DNA of 64,000 bases. Origin: a virus. The notes beneath the pieces were generated by a model, which searched no databases, was not told the DNA's origin, and saw only the letters and a list, made by a program, of their open reading frames with translations. Location: IMG/VR virus record IMGVR_UViG_3300029922_000003, one strand, 5' to 3'. Every line of letters begins with the position of its first letter. The first letter of the stretch is position 1. The translations under genes were made by a program, and so were the position numbers. This document shows, piece by piece, positions 36,977-46,116 of this stretch.

Positions 36977-37160
36977 TTGATTTAGTGGAGACTTTTGTCC
37001 CCATGTGCAGCTCGGGTTTATCCTTACTGCTAATTTCTTCCTTGTAGATAGCTTCGTGTGCCTTGGTGGCAGCTTTGCAGCCATCTCCAGTAAACCCAAA
37101 TGCTTCAATACTAGCTACCCCCTCTGGGGTTATTTCGATTTCGATAGTTTCTACACTCAT
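36963..37160 (-). CDS. DUF2997-family protein
   Basis: IEIEITPEG...EAFGFTGDGCKAATK. Confidence 0.8.
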   Translation of the reverse strand: MSVETIEIEITPEGVASIEAFGFTGDGCKAATKAHEAIYKEEISSKDKPELHMGTKVSTKSNVSR

Positions 37161-37546
37161 CGGCGTTCAATTGTCAGCTTGATGTTACCATTCTTGGGGT
37201 TTGTCCTTTCGATAACTTCATACCCCTGATTCCTGGCGATTTTGCGGTGTTGCTCAATCTGGAATGCTTGACTAAGTAGAGAGCAGTCTTTGCCAACGAT
37301 GGCGCGAAGCCTTGAGTCATACAGATCTGCCTCGATCTCATACACTCCATTTTCGTTTTTGATTACTGCTATCTCGTATGTGCTATCTGAGAACTTAATC
37401 ACAGCATCGCACCCCTTTTGTTGCCCTGCATAGAACTTAGCTTGCTTGGCTTCTGTATCCAAAACTCCACCAAGCCGTTTGCAGGCTTTTTGAAGTGTAT
37501 CTAGGTCCCTGATTTCAGGCAGGGCCATTGCTCTCATATGTGACAT
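37157..37546 (-). CDS. DUF1257 (Ycf35)-family protein
   Basis: MSH...EIRDLDTLQKAC...YEIAV...ADLY...ARNQGYEV...GNIKLTI. Confidence 0.8.
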   Translation of the reverse strand: MSHMRAMALPEIRDLDTLQKACKRLGGVLDTEAKQAKFYAGQQKGCDAVIKFSDSTYEIAVIKNENGVYEIEADLYDSRLRAIVGKDCSLLSQAFQIEQHRKIARNQGYEVIERTNPKNGNIKLTIERR

Positions 37547-37553
37547 ATTTTTG

Positions 37554-39290
37554 TTATAACTCCTCTTCGTTAATTTTGATGGGTTCCATTGGATCAGGCT
37601 TTCCTGTCTTACTCAAGAAAGATTTTTTGGGTGGCGTCAAATCATCGTCTGCATTTGCCATCATAACCCCCCTTGATTTAGCCCACTTGAACAATCCAGA
37701 AGCCTCATCTGGGTTTAGCTCTGCCATGATCTTTACATCGCCAATTGCATCAAGGAAATAATCTGTTTTGATGGGGTTGGATTTTCCAAACCCAATCGCC
37801 TTTCCTTTTCTAATTAGCCCCTCGTTTACAATTTGCTCAATCTCTGATCCAGTTCGGTGTGGAGTCTTCATGGCTAGTAAGCCAAGATCAATTCCATACT
37901 CCTCTGGATTCCACCCTCTTTTGTTTAGGTGGATGTTGAAGATGTCCACTCTCTGCTTTAGGCCTGGTAGACCTACGTAGAATATTTCATCTACCCTACC
38001 TTTTCTAAGTGCGGGAGCTGGGACATCTTGTACGCTATTAGTTGTGCAAACAACAAATACATCTGCTTTCCTAGATTGATTCCAAGTAAGCCATGTGCCA
38101 TACATTCTCTGAAATGTACCCCCATCGCTAACTACTCCACTAGCGCCTGCCATCAGCTTCTCAGCCTCGTCAATAAAGAGAATACATGGTGCTTGTGCTT
38201 CAGCATCACCTAGGGCACGCAACAATTTTCCCTCGGATTCCCCAAGCAAGCTACCCATACAAGCAGCCACATCTAACCTAAGGATAGTTCTATCCCATTC
38301 TTTAGCTAGCGCTTGTGCTACATGAGTCTTACCAACTCCAGATGGGCCTACAACCCATATGCCCCTTGGAAGATCAATTCCGTCATCCCTGGCCCCCTGA
38401 CTAAATATCAACTCCCTATCCTTTGCCCACGCCTTCAGATTCTCCATGCCACCAACAGAGCTTAGCCCCTGATTAACTTCTATGATCTTCAGAACTCCTG
38501 ACTTCTGGATGAGCCTAGCCTTCTCTCTTCGGAGTACTTCCCCCTTAAAGGTTCTAGGCGGCTTATCTCCAGTGCCATAGGTTATGTCGATTGCATTCTC
38601 TCTGTTTGCCAAAGACAGGACATTCTCTGCCTGCCACTTAGTCAGTCCAGTGAGCTGTTGAGCAATCACCCCCTGCTCTTCATCTGTAAGAGTAATCTTT
38701 GGGATAGACTCTGAGATCAAAGCACCCTGGCTGCTCCTGACGATGGATTTCATCATCTTCACATCTGGGAGCTTGTGCTCAACATAAGTGACGATGTTTT
38801 CTAATTCGATAGGAATATCTGTGTGGTGATTCACAAACACCAAACTCTTTTGTTGCTTAATCAACTCCTGAGCAGCTGACTTAATTGCGCGAGTCAGCCT
38901 TGCGTTGGTGTGCTTGACGTTGTTTGAATCCACCATATGGAAAGCGGCGTCAAGAAGTACCATGATAGATTTAGATGGAAACCCATTGTCATTTAAATCC
39001 CACGTACATTGTTTATCTACAACAAAGTCCTCAAACTTGAATCTCGAGGGCTTGATAAATTCACTGATAGCCTCGGTAGGGCCACCAACCTCCATTACCT
39101 GAGGCTTACCCCCACGTTTCTGAAAGTCATAAATGGTGTTGCTAGCATCGTAAATGTACACCCTATTGGTTGTACCCTTGTCTAGCAGGAAGTTGGCCTC
39201 TTGTTGCAAGAGCCTATCTTCCTCAATGCTATACACCCAAACTATCGGTATTCTGGAAAGAACATAATCTCTTAGAATTGAGGATGACAT
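37554..39290 (-). CDS. Ycf46/SpoVK-like AAA+ ATPase
   Basis: VGGMENLK, GPSGVGKT, FIDEAEK, RKGRVDEIFYVGLP; degenerate N-terminal AAA-like domain. Confidence 0.9.
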   Translation of the reverse strand: MSSSILRDYVLSRIPIVWVYSIEEDRLLQQEANFLLDKGTTNRVYIYDASNTIYDFQKRGGKPQVMEVGGPTEAISEFIKPSRFKFEDFVVDKQCTWDLNDNGFPSKSIMVLLDAAFHMVDSNNVKHTNARLTRAIKSAAQELIKQQKSLVFVNHHTDIPIELENIVTYVEHKLPDVKMMKSIVRSSQGALISESIPKITLTDEEQGVIAQQLTGLTKWQAENVLSLANRENAIDITYGTGDKPPRTFKGEVLRREKARLIQKSGVLKIIEVNQGLSSVGGMENLKAWAKDRELIFSQGARDDGIDLPRGIWVVGPSGVGKTHVAQALAKEWDRTILRLDVAACMGSLLGESEGKLLRALGDAEAQAPCILFIDEAEKLMAGASGVVSDGGTFQRMYGTWLTWNQSRKADVFVVCTTNSVQDVPAPALRKGRVDEIFYVGLPGLKQRVDIFNIHLNKRGWNPEEYGIDLGLLAMKTPHRTGSEIEQIVNEGLIRKGKAIGFGKSNPIKTDYFLDAIGDVKIMAELNPDEASGLFKWAKSRGVMMANADDDLTPPKKSFLSKTGKPDPMEPIKINEEEL

Positions 39291-39293
39291 TTG

Positions 39294-39683
39294 TTATTTG
39301 GGTGGATCGAGATATCCTTCATCAAAGGATCTTGCTACTTTATTTTTGAAAAACCCTAGCACTTTGGCAAACTCTACAGCAGCCAACATTGTTGACTTGA
39401 TGTTGCTTAGTTTGATTCCAAACTTATCCTGCTCAGAGGCTGTTTGTGGAGCGATCTGATAGAATGGGAATGTACCACTGTATTTATCATCTACCACCAC
39501 AGTGAGGGCAGCAAATGATATCTTGCCTGTCATAAGCTCCCTGGCAATCATTGGAGAGATGCTCGCTGCTAGCCTCGAGGCTATCATTGCCTGCACTCCT
39601 GCAACCTCCTGGTCGCTTATAACCCCTGGGGCTGGTGGCTGTTGTGCTACGTTTTCTTGATTATCAACTGGTGTATCGGACAT
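39294..39683 (-). CDS. Hypothetical protein
   Basis: 129-aa ORF. Confidence 0.65.
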   Translation of the reverse strand: MSDTPVDNQENVAQQPPAPGVISDQEVAGVQAMIASRLAASISPMIARELMTGKISFAALTVVVDDKYSGTFPFYQIAPQTASEQDKFGIKLSNIKSTMLAAVEFAKVLGFFKNKVARSFDEGYLDPPK

Positions 39684-40110
39684 ATGAGTCTTGGAAGTTT
39701 TTTGAACAAAGGTGTAGGAATGAGAACTTTAGCTCTTCTGAGTCTTTTTTTAGTTCCTCTTCGCTGAGATCCCCTAGGAACTTCAGCGCCAATTCCTGCA
39801 TCCGTGAATCAAAAGAATCTGGTAATATTTGTTTTTTGTCGATCAACTTACTGACCCCTGTAGACTGCTCCAGGGAAGAGAACACTTGGACGAGTAAATC
39901 CTTGTGCCTCTCCTCTGGAACACCTACATCACCCTCAATTATTTTTGCCGCATCCGTTAGGATGTAGTTCCCAGACATTGGGCACGAAATGGTTACATGC
40001 TCCATCTGCATAGACACAGGAGAATACAAGATTGTCTTGAATTCAACAGTCGCCCCCAACTGGGAGATATCGGAAACGAACTGGCAGTCTATTAGATCTT
40101 TAATGTCCAC
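39664..40110 (-). CDS. Hypothetical protein
   Basis: 148-aa ORF. Confidence 0.65.
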   Translation of the reverse strand: MDIKDLIDCQFVSDISQLGATVEFKTILYSPVSMQMEHVTISCPMSGNYILTDAAKIIEGDVGVPEERHKDLLVQVFSSLEQSTGVSKLIDKKQILPDSFDSRMQELALKFLGDLSEEELKKDSEELKFSFLHLCSKNFQDSYVRYTS

Positions 40111-40435
40111 TGCTGTCTTCCTTTTTTAGTTTTTCGAGTTGTGTGCCATAGATGACTAGAGTCAGCAATATACACAGAACTGCAGTGATTGGAACAGAAA
40201 TATCCAGTAGCAAAGAGAAAGCGGAAAATGCGGAGGCAACCAGAAAAGCAGCCCAGAATGAAAGGCAATACCGGCAGTTCATCAAGTACTCCAATGGAGT
40301 ACCTGAGTAACGTGCTTCGATATAACCTCTCATTCGGGCTGTGATTTCTGCTTCCTGCACAACATATAATATAGCACTTACTCCTTTGTCACCAAAGATA
40401 ATAAGAGCAATGAATAATGTTAGTACGGGAAACAT
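40100..40435 (-). CDS. DUF1360-like membrane protein
   Basis: Hydrophobic helices flanking LMNCRYCLSFW (CxxCxxxW motif). Confidence 0.7.
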   Translation of the reverse strand: MFPVLTLFIALIIFGDKGVSAILYVVQEAEITARMRGYIEARYSGTPLEYLMNCRYCLSFWAAFLVASAFSAFSLLLDISVPITAVLCILLTLVIYGTQLEKLKKEDSSGH

Positions 40436-40439
40436 GGTT

Positions 40440-40697
40440 TTATTTTATGTTCCAGGCTAGAGACACCAGTCCAAGAACTCCAAGGAAAATCCCCAGAGCT
40501 GACCAAAACTTTACGTCTTCTGCCCCTACAATAAACTTATCTGCAATGTACCGAGAGATACTCCAACCAGCTGTCAACCATACGGCAAACAGGAATGGGC
40601 AAAGAATCTTACCGAACAAAAGCTTGCAAGTTATGATGTAGAAGAAAATGTATCCTCCCACAAACCCGACATCCACTCTCTCTTTGTAGTGTGACAT
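40440..40697 (-). CDS. Small multi-pass membrane protein
   Basis: 85 aa with 2-3 hydrophobic segments. Confidence 0.6.
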   Translation of the reverse strand: MSHYKERVDVGFVGGYIFFYIITCKLLFGKILCPFLFAVWLTAGWSISRYIADKFIVGAEDVKFWSALGIFLGVLGLVSLAWNIK

Positions 40698-40698
40698 T

Positions 40699-40827
40699 TT
40701 AGTTAAGCAATATGGGTTGTGGTCGAGGCTGGCTCTTCGTGAAAGATGTCTTTTCCTTCTTGCGAAGAATGCACACCACTACAAAGGAAATAGCCGACCC
40801 TGTTAATAAGAAGGTCCACTCAGCCAT
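40699..40827 (-). CDS. 42-aa single-TM protein (below the ORF-track cutoff)
   Basis: MAEWTFLLTGSAISFVVVCILRKKEKTSFTKSQPRPQPILLN; TGATG overlap with the upstream stop, stop 2 nt before the next ATG. Confidence 0.6.
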   Translation of the reverse strand: MAEWTFLLTGSAISFVVVCILRKKEKTSFTKSQPRPQPILLN

Positions 40828-41036
40828 CAGGAAGCCTTAGCTTTCGATGGGAATGTAATAGTAGAGGCGGAACCCACCTCTGTGTCTGCGCTTACTTCAC
40901 TTAGTTCTTCTGCAAGCTCAACAAGTTGTTTCTTGCACAGTGCTGCCGTCAGCACTAGGACCGTCACTGATAGAATCAGATTCGTTAGACCGTTCATGTG
41001 TTTGTGTGATTTGTTTGATTGTGGGCAACTTATCAA
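40827..41036 (-). CDS. Small single-TM protein (likely start MNGLTN)
   Basis: LILSVTVLVLTAALC followed by KK. Confidence 0.55.
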   Translation of the reverse strand: MISCPQSNKSHKHMNGLTNLILSVTVLVLTAALCKKQLVELAEELSEVSADTEVGSASTITFPSKAKAS

Positions 41037-41107
41037 AGATCAAGGATTTAGATGGCTGAAACTTCGCAAACGAAGGTTCACCGCCCTTGGATAAAAACAA
41101 ATTTGGA

Positions 41108-41506
41108 CTACGAGAAATCATCCTCTTCAGTATCCTCTTTTTTGATAACAACGTCGAGACTTTCATGAATCAGAGCAGGGGAAGCCTCTTCGATCTTTTT
41201 GGGGACTTTTCTTTCAGTCTCCTCTGGGATCGAATCTTCATCTGCATCTGCTCCAAAACGCTCCTCTGACCAGGCCCTAGTTTCGTCAATCTTGTCACAA
41301 AAGAACTCAGTTCCTTCGTCGTCGACAACGATAATCTTTTTTGGCCTATAGGTCGCGTTGGCACCATTGATACTTGTTAGGTTGTATTCTAATACTCCCT
41401 CCCCAAGGAGATACTCCACCCGCTCGGGATGGATAACTTCTCCAGTTACGCAGCAAAGGAATTGCTTACTATTGCTGTAAGCTGTTAGGGGCTTATTGTT
41501 TTTCAT
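41108..41506 (-). CDS. DksA/TraR zinc-finger-like protein, degenerate, with an acidic tail
   Basis: CCVTGEVIHPERVEYL resembles CxxCGExIxxxRL; the second CxxC is absent (TSING). Confidence 0.45.
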   Translation of the reverse strand: MKNNKPLTAYSNSKQFLCCVTGEVIHPERVEYLLGEGVLEYNLTSINGANATYRPKKIIVVDDEGTEFFCDKIDETRAWSEERFGADADEDSIPEETERKVPKKIEEASPALIHESLDVVIKKEDTEEDDFS

Positions 41507-41805
41507 CTTTAATTATTTGTAACATTACCAATTGTTGGTGCTCCTTTATACAAGGAAGCGACCTTTATATCGTTGTGGATTCTCATATAGCTCTTCAAAG
41601 GTTGGTGCTCGTAATACCTTATCCATTCTTTTGGAGCAGGATGCAAGAACTATTTTTTCACCAAATCTTTCGATGTGCGCAAACAAGAATTGTAATGCTT
41701 GACTATACATATATTTATAAAGTGTTCAATAATTTCTTTACTGAACACCCCTTTTAGCTTATTTATTTTAACTGCCACCACTATTACAAGTGGTTTCTAT
41801 TATTT

Positions 41806-44800
41806 ATGGACAAACAAATCATCCCAGTAAGCGATAAGGAACTGGAGCGCCTGTATGGCCAACTATCAAACAAGATCGACTTGGTCGACCTAGTACCCGC
41901 AAGTATAAGTTTCCAAGGGAAACCTTTAAATATTTTACACCGTCGTCCGATGTTTGCTGGGATTTTTAGCAAAACCAGAAAGGTTAGAAAGCATGTTTAC
42001 ATGTGCGCTCGTCAATTAGGAAAATCTACGAGCATCAGTGCATCTATATTAATGAACTGCTGGTGGAGGTCATATTTTAGAGTAATGTATGTTGCCCCAC
42101 TAAGCATTTATACTCAGCGTCTACACTCAATGTTTATGGCTCCAATGACCCAGGGCAAGCTATTGCCATGGCCGGTTGTGAATAACACCTGTACAGCTAA
42201 TGTCAACGAAAAGAGTTATGTAAGTGGGAGCAGATTTGTGGGCATTTCTTGCTTCAATAACGTATCTAATTCATTGGGGGTGACGACCGATGAAGTTTAC
42301 CTGGATGAATGCAATTTGGGCTCTACAGCCCTATTTGACGGGATCAATCTTGACACTCTAGTTGACAAAAAACCAGGGGATCGTATTGTTGGATTTAACG
42401 AATCAACGTTAAAATTAGAATATGACACAATTAAATCAATTAAGCACAAAGGCAAACGACACGTCTGGCGAATCATTTTATCCAACGGGGACCACCTCGA
42501 CTGCACAGGGAACGAGCGAATCATGTCCGACAGGGGATGGATATACCTTGCAGAAATACTACCGTGGCATGAAGCTAACAGATGCCCAAGAGCAAGCAAA
42601 GCTAAGGCCATTAAATCACAGTCAAGAGCAAATGGTCTTTGGGACACTATTGGGAGATTCCTGTCTGACAAAAGTGGGTGGTACCACTCCAAGATCCCAC
42701 CCCAAGTATTACGTAACACACGGCCAGTGTCAGGAACGATACTGCAACCGCAAAGCGGAAGTGTTGGGGGACCTAGTGAGGACAAAGCCCAAGATTGTAG
42801 AGAACAGGGGCTGGGGGGAGAAAAGCTGCGTTTTTGGATCCCTAAGTGCTCCATGCCTAGACTCTATACACCAGATCTGCTACACGGGTACTTCAGACAA
42901 GGGCTTGCCAAAGAAGAAGGTAACTCAAGAATGGGTCAAACACTTGACCTGGGAAGCGATTGCGTGGTGGATGATGGACGATGGGAGCCTATCCAATACA
43001 GGGAGAAGTTTTGTGTTCAATACCCAATCATTCTCAAAAGAGGAATCCAGTCTATTGGTGAGCTGGTTAAAAGAAAATGGAGTGAGCTGCAAAGCCATAA
43101 AAATAAAGAAGAAAAGCAGGAACAAGACGTATTACATAATCACAGTGGATGTGGTTGGGACCAAGGTGCTCTTAGAAAACACCAGGATATACTCATTCCC
43201 AGAGATGGAGTACAAGTGGGCCTATCAGGAAGTAAACCTGGAGAAGCCATGCAGGCTCTGTGGGCAACCATTCGTGGGGAATGGGATCCAACCGTATTGT
43301 GGCGAGAAGTGCAGTGCTATCGCCAAGAAGGGAGTAAAGACAAGATGGGTGGAAAGGAATCGAGACGCCATGAACACAAAACGCAAAGAGAGATACTGGG
43401 AGAACTTAGAGGCTTCAAGAAAAAGGGGAAGGGAAACCGGAATGAGGCTGAGACAGGATCCAGTGCGCCATGCAAAACAGATACAAAAAAGGAGAGAAAA
43501 CAAACTCAAGAAAAAGGAAGCACTGAGGACTTCTCAGACATCGTCGGGATTGCCTACCTTGGGGTAGATGATGTATATGATATAGAGACAGAGAAGAACC
43601 ACACATTCTTTGCTAACGGGATAGGCGTACACAACTGTCAGGATCTTAATGCAGACTTCATTCCTCAGATTAGAGAAACATTAGGAACATCTGATTATCG
43701 ATACGAAAGCTATTTCGGAACCGCTCGTGGCGTTGACAACACACTTACCAAGCTTTTTGAAAACTCGACTCAAAACGAGTGGATAATGAAATGTGGGTGT
43801 GGGCACGAAAATGTACCTACCGAAGCTGGAAGAGTTTTGGAAATGATTCAGATCAAAGGGATTTGCTGCATAAAATGTGGCAAGGTAATAGATGTGACCA
43901 GAGGAAAGTGGATTAGGTCGTACGAATACGACCCAATCCACCGTGACTCAGAGGGGTATCATGTCCCCCAAATTATTGTTCCAGACCGTATATTTCCACA
44001 CGATAGATACATCGAAACTATTTATAATAAACTTCATGGGTCTAGCGCATATTCACAATCTAGATTTCTCCAAGAGTGCTTAGGAATACCCACCTCACAG
44101 GGCGGTGTTCCAATCACTCAGAAGGACATTAAAGAGGCTAGTATCTTAGACATAGACCAACACGAACCACCAAACGCTCAGATCTACCACAGGGTAGCTG
44201 GGGGCGTTGACTGGGGCGGTGCTGAGGTGGTCAGCTTTACTGTTGGTGTAGCCGTCGGGTACAGAGACGGCTGCTTCGACGTTCTAGGGGCTATTAGGCC
44301 CACAGGATTGCCGGATGAGCAGCGTCACTATGTTATCGGAGATTACCTCAAAAGCGTAACCGGAAGTAGAATTGAAATTGTAGGAGCTGATGCTGGATTC
44401 GTTGGATCCGTACAGAACCCCAACCTTGGAGCCTACATGGGGGTGCCCACAGGTTCTATTGCCTATGGGACCACCAAGAAGTTCTTCATGCCCAATACCA
44501 ACAATTGCTTTACCGTAGATAGAACAACACTGATTTACATCGTGTTCACTCTTATCAAGGCTCAGCGGATTCGGTTTCCTAAGGGAGGCTGGTTCGAGCA
44601 GTATTCCAGAGATTTGCTCGCTACCTTCACTGAGGACGCAACAAACTCTCATGGAGCCACTATTCGACGCTACAGCCGCTATCAGGACAAGCCAGACGAC
44701 TTTCTGCACGCCCTTGGATATGCCATCTTCATGGCAGCCCTAGGTATTACAGATTTGCCGTCAATGGCTGGTATGGCTACGAACCTATCTATCAATGCTT

Positions 44801-44850
44801 CCTACATCAACGACATCGGAATGGAAGTCGGTAGATTCGGGAATTATTGA
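41806..44850 (+). CDS. terL: Terminase large subunit containing a 442-aa intein
   Basis: ARQLGKST (Walker A); the Walker B VYLDE|CQD is restored by removing the intein; FGTA; C-terminal nuclease GVDWG...PDDFLHA. Confidence 0.9.
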   Translation: MDKQIIPVSDKELERLYGQLSNKIDLVDLVPASISFQGKPLNILHRRPMFAGIFSKTRKVRKHVYMCARQLGKSTSISASILMNCWWRSYFRVMYVAPLSIYTQRLHSMFMAPMTQGKLLPWPVVNNTCTANVNEKSYVSGSRFVGISCFNNVSNSLGVTTDEVYLDECNLGSTALFDGINLDTLVDKKPGDRIVGFNESTLKLEYDTIKSIKHKGKRHVWRIILSNGDHLDCTGNERIMSDRGWIYLAEILPWHEANRCPRASKAKAIKSQSRANGLWDTIGRFLSDKSGWYHSKIPPQVLRNTRPVSGTILQPQSGSVGGPSEDKAQDCREQGLGGEKLRFWIPKCSMPRLYTPDLLHGYFRQGLAKEEGNSRMGQTLDLGSDCVVDDGRWEPIQYREKFCVQYPIILKRGIQSIGELVKRKWSELQSHKNKEEKQEQDVLHNHSGCGWDQGALRKHQDILIPRDGVQVGLSGSKPGEAMQALWATIRGEWDPTVLWREVQCYRQEGSKDKMGGKESRRHEHKTQREILGELRGFKKKGKGNRNEAETGSSAPCKTDTKKERKQTQEKGSTEDFSDIVGIAYLGVDDVYDIETEKNHTFFANGIGVHNCQDLNADFIPQIRETLGTSDYRYESYFGTARGVDNTLTKLFENSTQNEWIMKCGCGHENVPTEAGRVLEMIQIKGICCIKCGKVIDVTRGKWIRSYEYDPIHRDSEGYHVPQIIVPDRIFPHDRYIETIYNKLHGSSAYSQSRFLQECLGIPTSQGGVPITQKDIKEASILDIDQHEPPNAQIYHRVAGGVDWGGAEVVSFTVGVAVGYRDGCFDVLGAIRPTGLPDEQRHYVIGDYLKSVTGSRIEIVGADAGFVGSVQNPNLGAYMGVPTGSIAYGTTKKFFMPNTNNCFTVDRTTLIYIVFTLIKAQRIRFPKGGWFEQYSRDLLATFTEDATNSHGATIRRYSRYQDKPDDFLHALGYAIFMAALGITDLPSMAGMATNLSINASYINDIGMEVGRFGNY
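42310..43635 (+). mobile_element. Intein in terminase (Cys1 ... His-Asn, Cys+1)
   Basis: Starts CNLGST after LDE; block B HLDCTGNERI; block F VYDIETEKNHTFFANG; block G VHN|C. Confidence 0.92.
42569..43567 (+). CDS. LAGLIDADG homing endonuclease encoded in the +1 frame inside the intein (ORF open from 42422)
   Basis: QMVFGTLLGDSCL and AIAWWMMDDGSL motifs; C-terminal CRLC...CGEKC Zn finger and basic helix; own stop TAG at 43565-43567. Confidence 0.88.
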   Translation: MKLTDAQEQAKLRPLNHSQEQMVFGTLLGDSCLTKVGGTTPRSHPKYYVTHGQCQERYCNRKAEVLGDLVRTKPKIVENRGWGEKSCVFGSLSAPCLDSIHQICYTGTSDKGLPKKKVTQEWVKHLTWEAIAWWMMDDGSLSNTGRSFVFNTQSFSKEESSLLVSWLKENGVSCKAIKIKKKSRNKTYYIITVDVVGTKVLLENTRIYSFPEMEYKWAYQEVNLEKPCRLCGQPFVGNGIQPYCGEKCSAIAKKGVKTRWVERNRDAMNTKRKERYWENLEASRKRGRETGMRLRQDPVRHAKQIQKRRENKLKKKEALRTSQTSSGLPTLG

Positions 44851-44857
44851 TGGACCC

Positions 44858-46069
44858 CTATTGTTGTGTTTCTTCGTACATTTCTTTTAATACTTGATTC
44901 TTAGAAAGACCGATCAGGTGCAACATCTCTGAAGCTATTGACTCATCCCAAAATGGGGCAGTCAATATATCAAAGAACGCTGTATCTGATGGGATATCCT
45001 GTTGCCAATCTTGAAGCCAGGAAAAATCTAAGATATGTCCAGACCTGTCTGCAGCTACAATAGCTTTCTCAAATGAGGTTCTGATTCTATTTATCGCATC
45101 CTCCACAGTAGTTGCTTTGGATTTTATAAAATGAGCTCCTGGGCTATAGACCTCTCTCTTGTATACTCCAGCATGGAACTCTCCAGTATCCATACTCTCT
45201 GTCACAATATAGGTGATGTTCTCGTCTCCACCCTGAAGAACCGCAGCTAGTCGAATTAGGTCATCTGACTCGAGATTCATAGCTGGCCAATAGAGTGGTT
45301 GCCAAGTCATCGCGTGCTTAGAGATACTCATTGATGGATATTCATTCTGTAGAATACTTCCCTCTTTGGTGTACTTTGCATGCAAAGATGTGTCCGGTCT
45401 ACCATAAGAGCTAGAATAAATATCTACAACTGTCATAAATTCATCAGACTTCCTGTTGTCTACCTCTATAGCAGCTTTCTTGCGGAACAGATCTGGATTG
45501 GGAGTTTTGTCATCACCAAGCAGATACGATTCCCTATTGCTTACCATTGAGTTTTGATCAACAACCCTGGATGTAGCAAACCGGAGTAGTTTGTGGGTAA
45601 GGCTACTGCGCATTGCGCACGCAGTCATAGCTGCAATTTTTTCCATGTGGTTGAACATACCAAGTCTAAAACTCTTTTTGGTAGTAGACTCCATGAAGTC
45701 TTCGATGTCACTTTCTTCCCCAAATTCGTCAAACTTGGGGATAAAGCACCTCGCTGCTCCAACATCTCTACCATCTATCTCATCATCTCCCCCAGGGAAA
45801 TTCTTGTTCTTCGCTATATCCTGTGCAATCTTCTTTAGTCCATTGGGTGATCCATACGAAAGATTGATAAATCCTTCCTGAGCAATCAGTGACTTAAGAA
45901 TGACATTCCCCCTTAGGATGCTAGATGATGGTCCGATCCATTTGCAATTCCCAAGGCACACCGAGTGCTGACTACTGACTGCTACTACCTTTGATTTGCA
46001 CTTTGGGCAAAAAGGGTACTTCATCTCATCGACAATGTCTGCCAATGGATACTCTTCGTCTCCTAACAT
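44858..46069 (-). CDS. Hypothetical protein with an N-terminal Zn ribbon
   Basis: CPKC...CLGNC; 403 aa. Confidence 0.7.
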   Translation of the reverse strand: MLGDEEYPLADIVDEMKYPFCPKCKSKVVAVSSQHSVCLGNCKWIGPSSSILRGNVILKSLIAQEGFINLSYGSPNGLKKIAQDIAKNKNFPGGDDEIDGRDVGAARCFIPKFDEFGEESDIEDFMESTTKKSFRLGMFNHMEKIAAMTACAMRSSLTHKLLRFATSRVVDQNSMVSNRESYLLGDDKTPNPDLFRKKAAIEVDNRKSDEFMTVVDIYSSSYGRPDTSLHAKYTKEGSILQNEYPSMSISKHAMTWQPLYWPAMNLESDDLIRLAAVLQGGDENITYIVTESMDTGEFHAGVYKREVYSPGAHFIKSKATTVEDAINRIRTSFEKAIVAADRSGHILDFSWLQDWQQDIPSDTAFFDILTAPFWDESIASEMLHLIGLSKNQVLKEMYEETQQ

Positions 46070-46116
46070 AATATTTTGTTTGTTTGGTGTATTTATTCGT
46101 GAATTATTTGACTTAC

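Noticed and set aside
41711-41718. T4-type late promoter TATAAATA (minus strand)
   Set aside because: Single occurrence in an AT-rich intergenic region; not repeated before structural genes.
42297-42854. 185-aa antisense ORF inside the intein
   Set aside because: No motif; likely a by-product of the constraints on an already dual-coded region.
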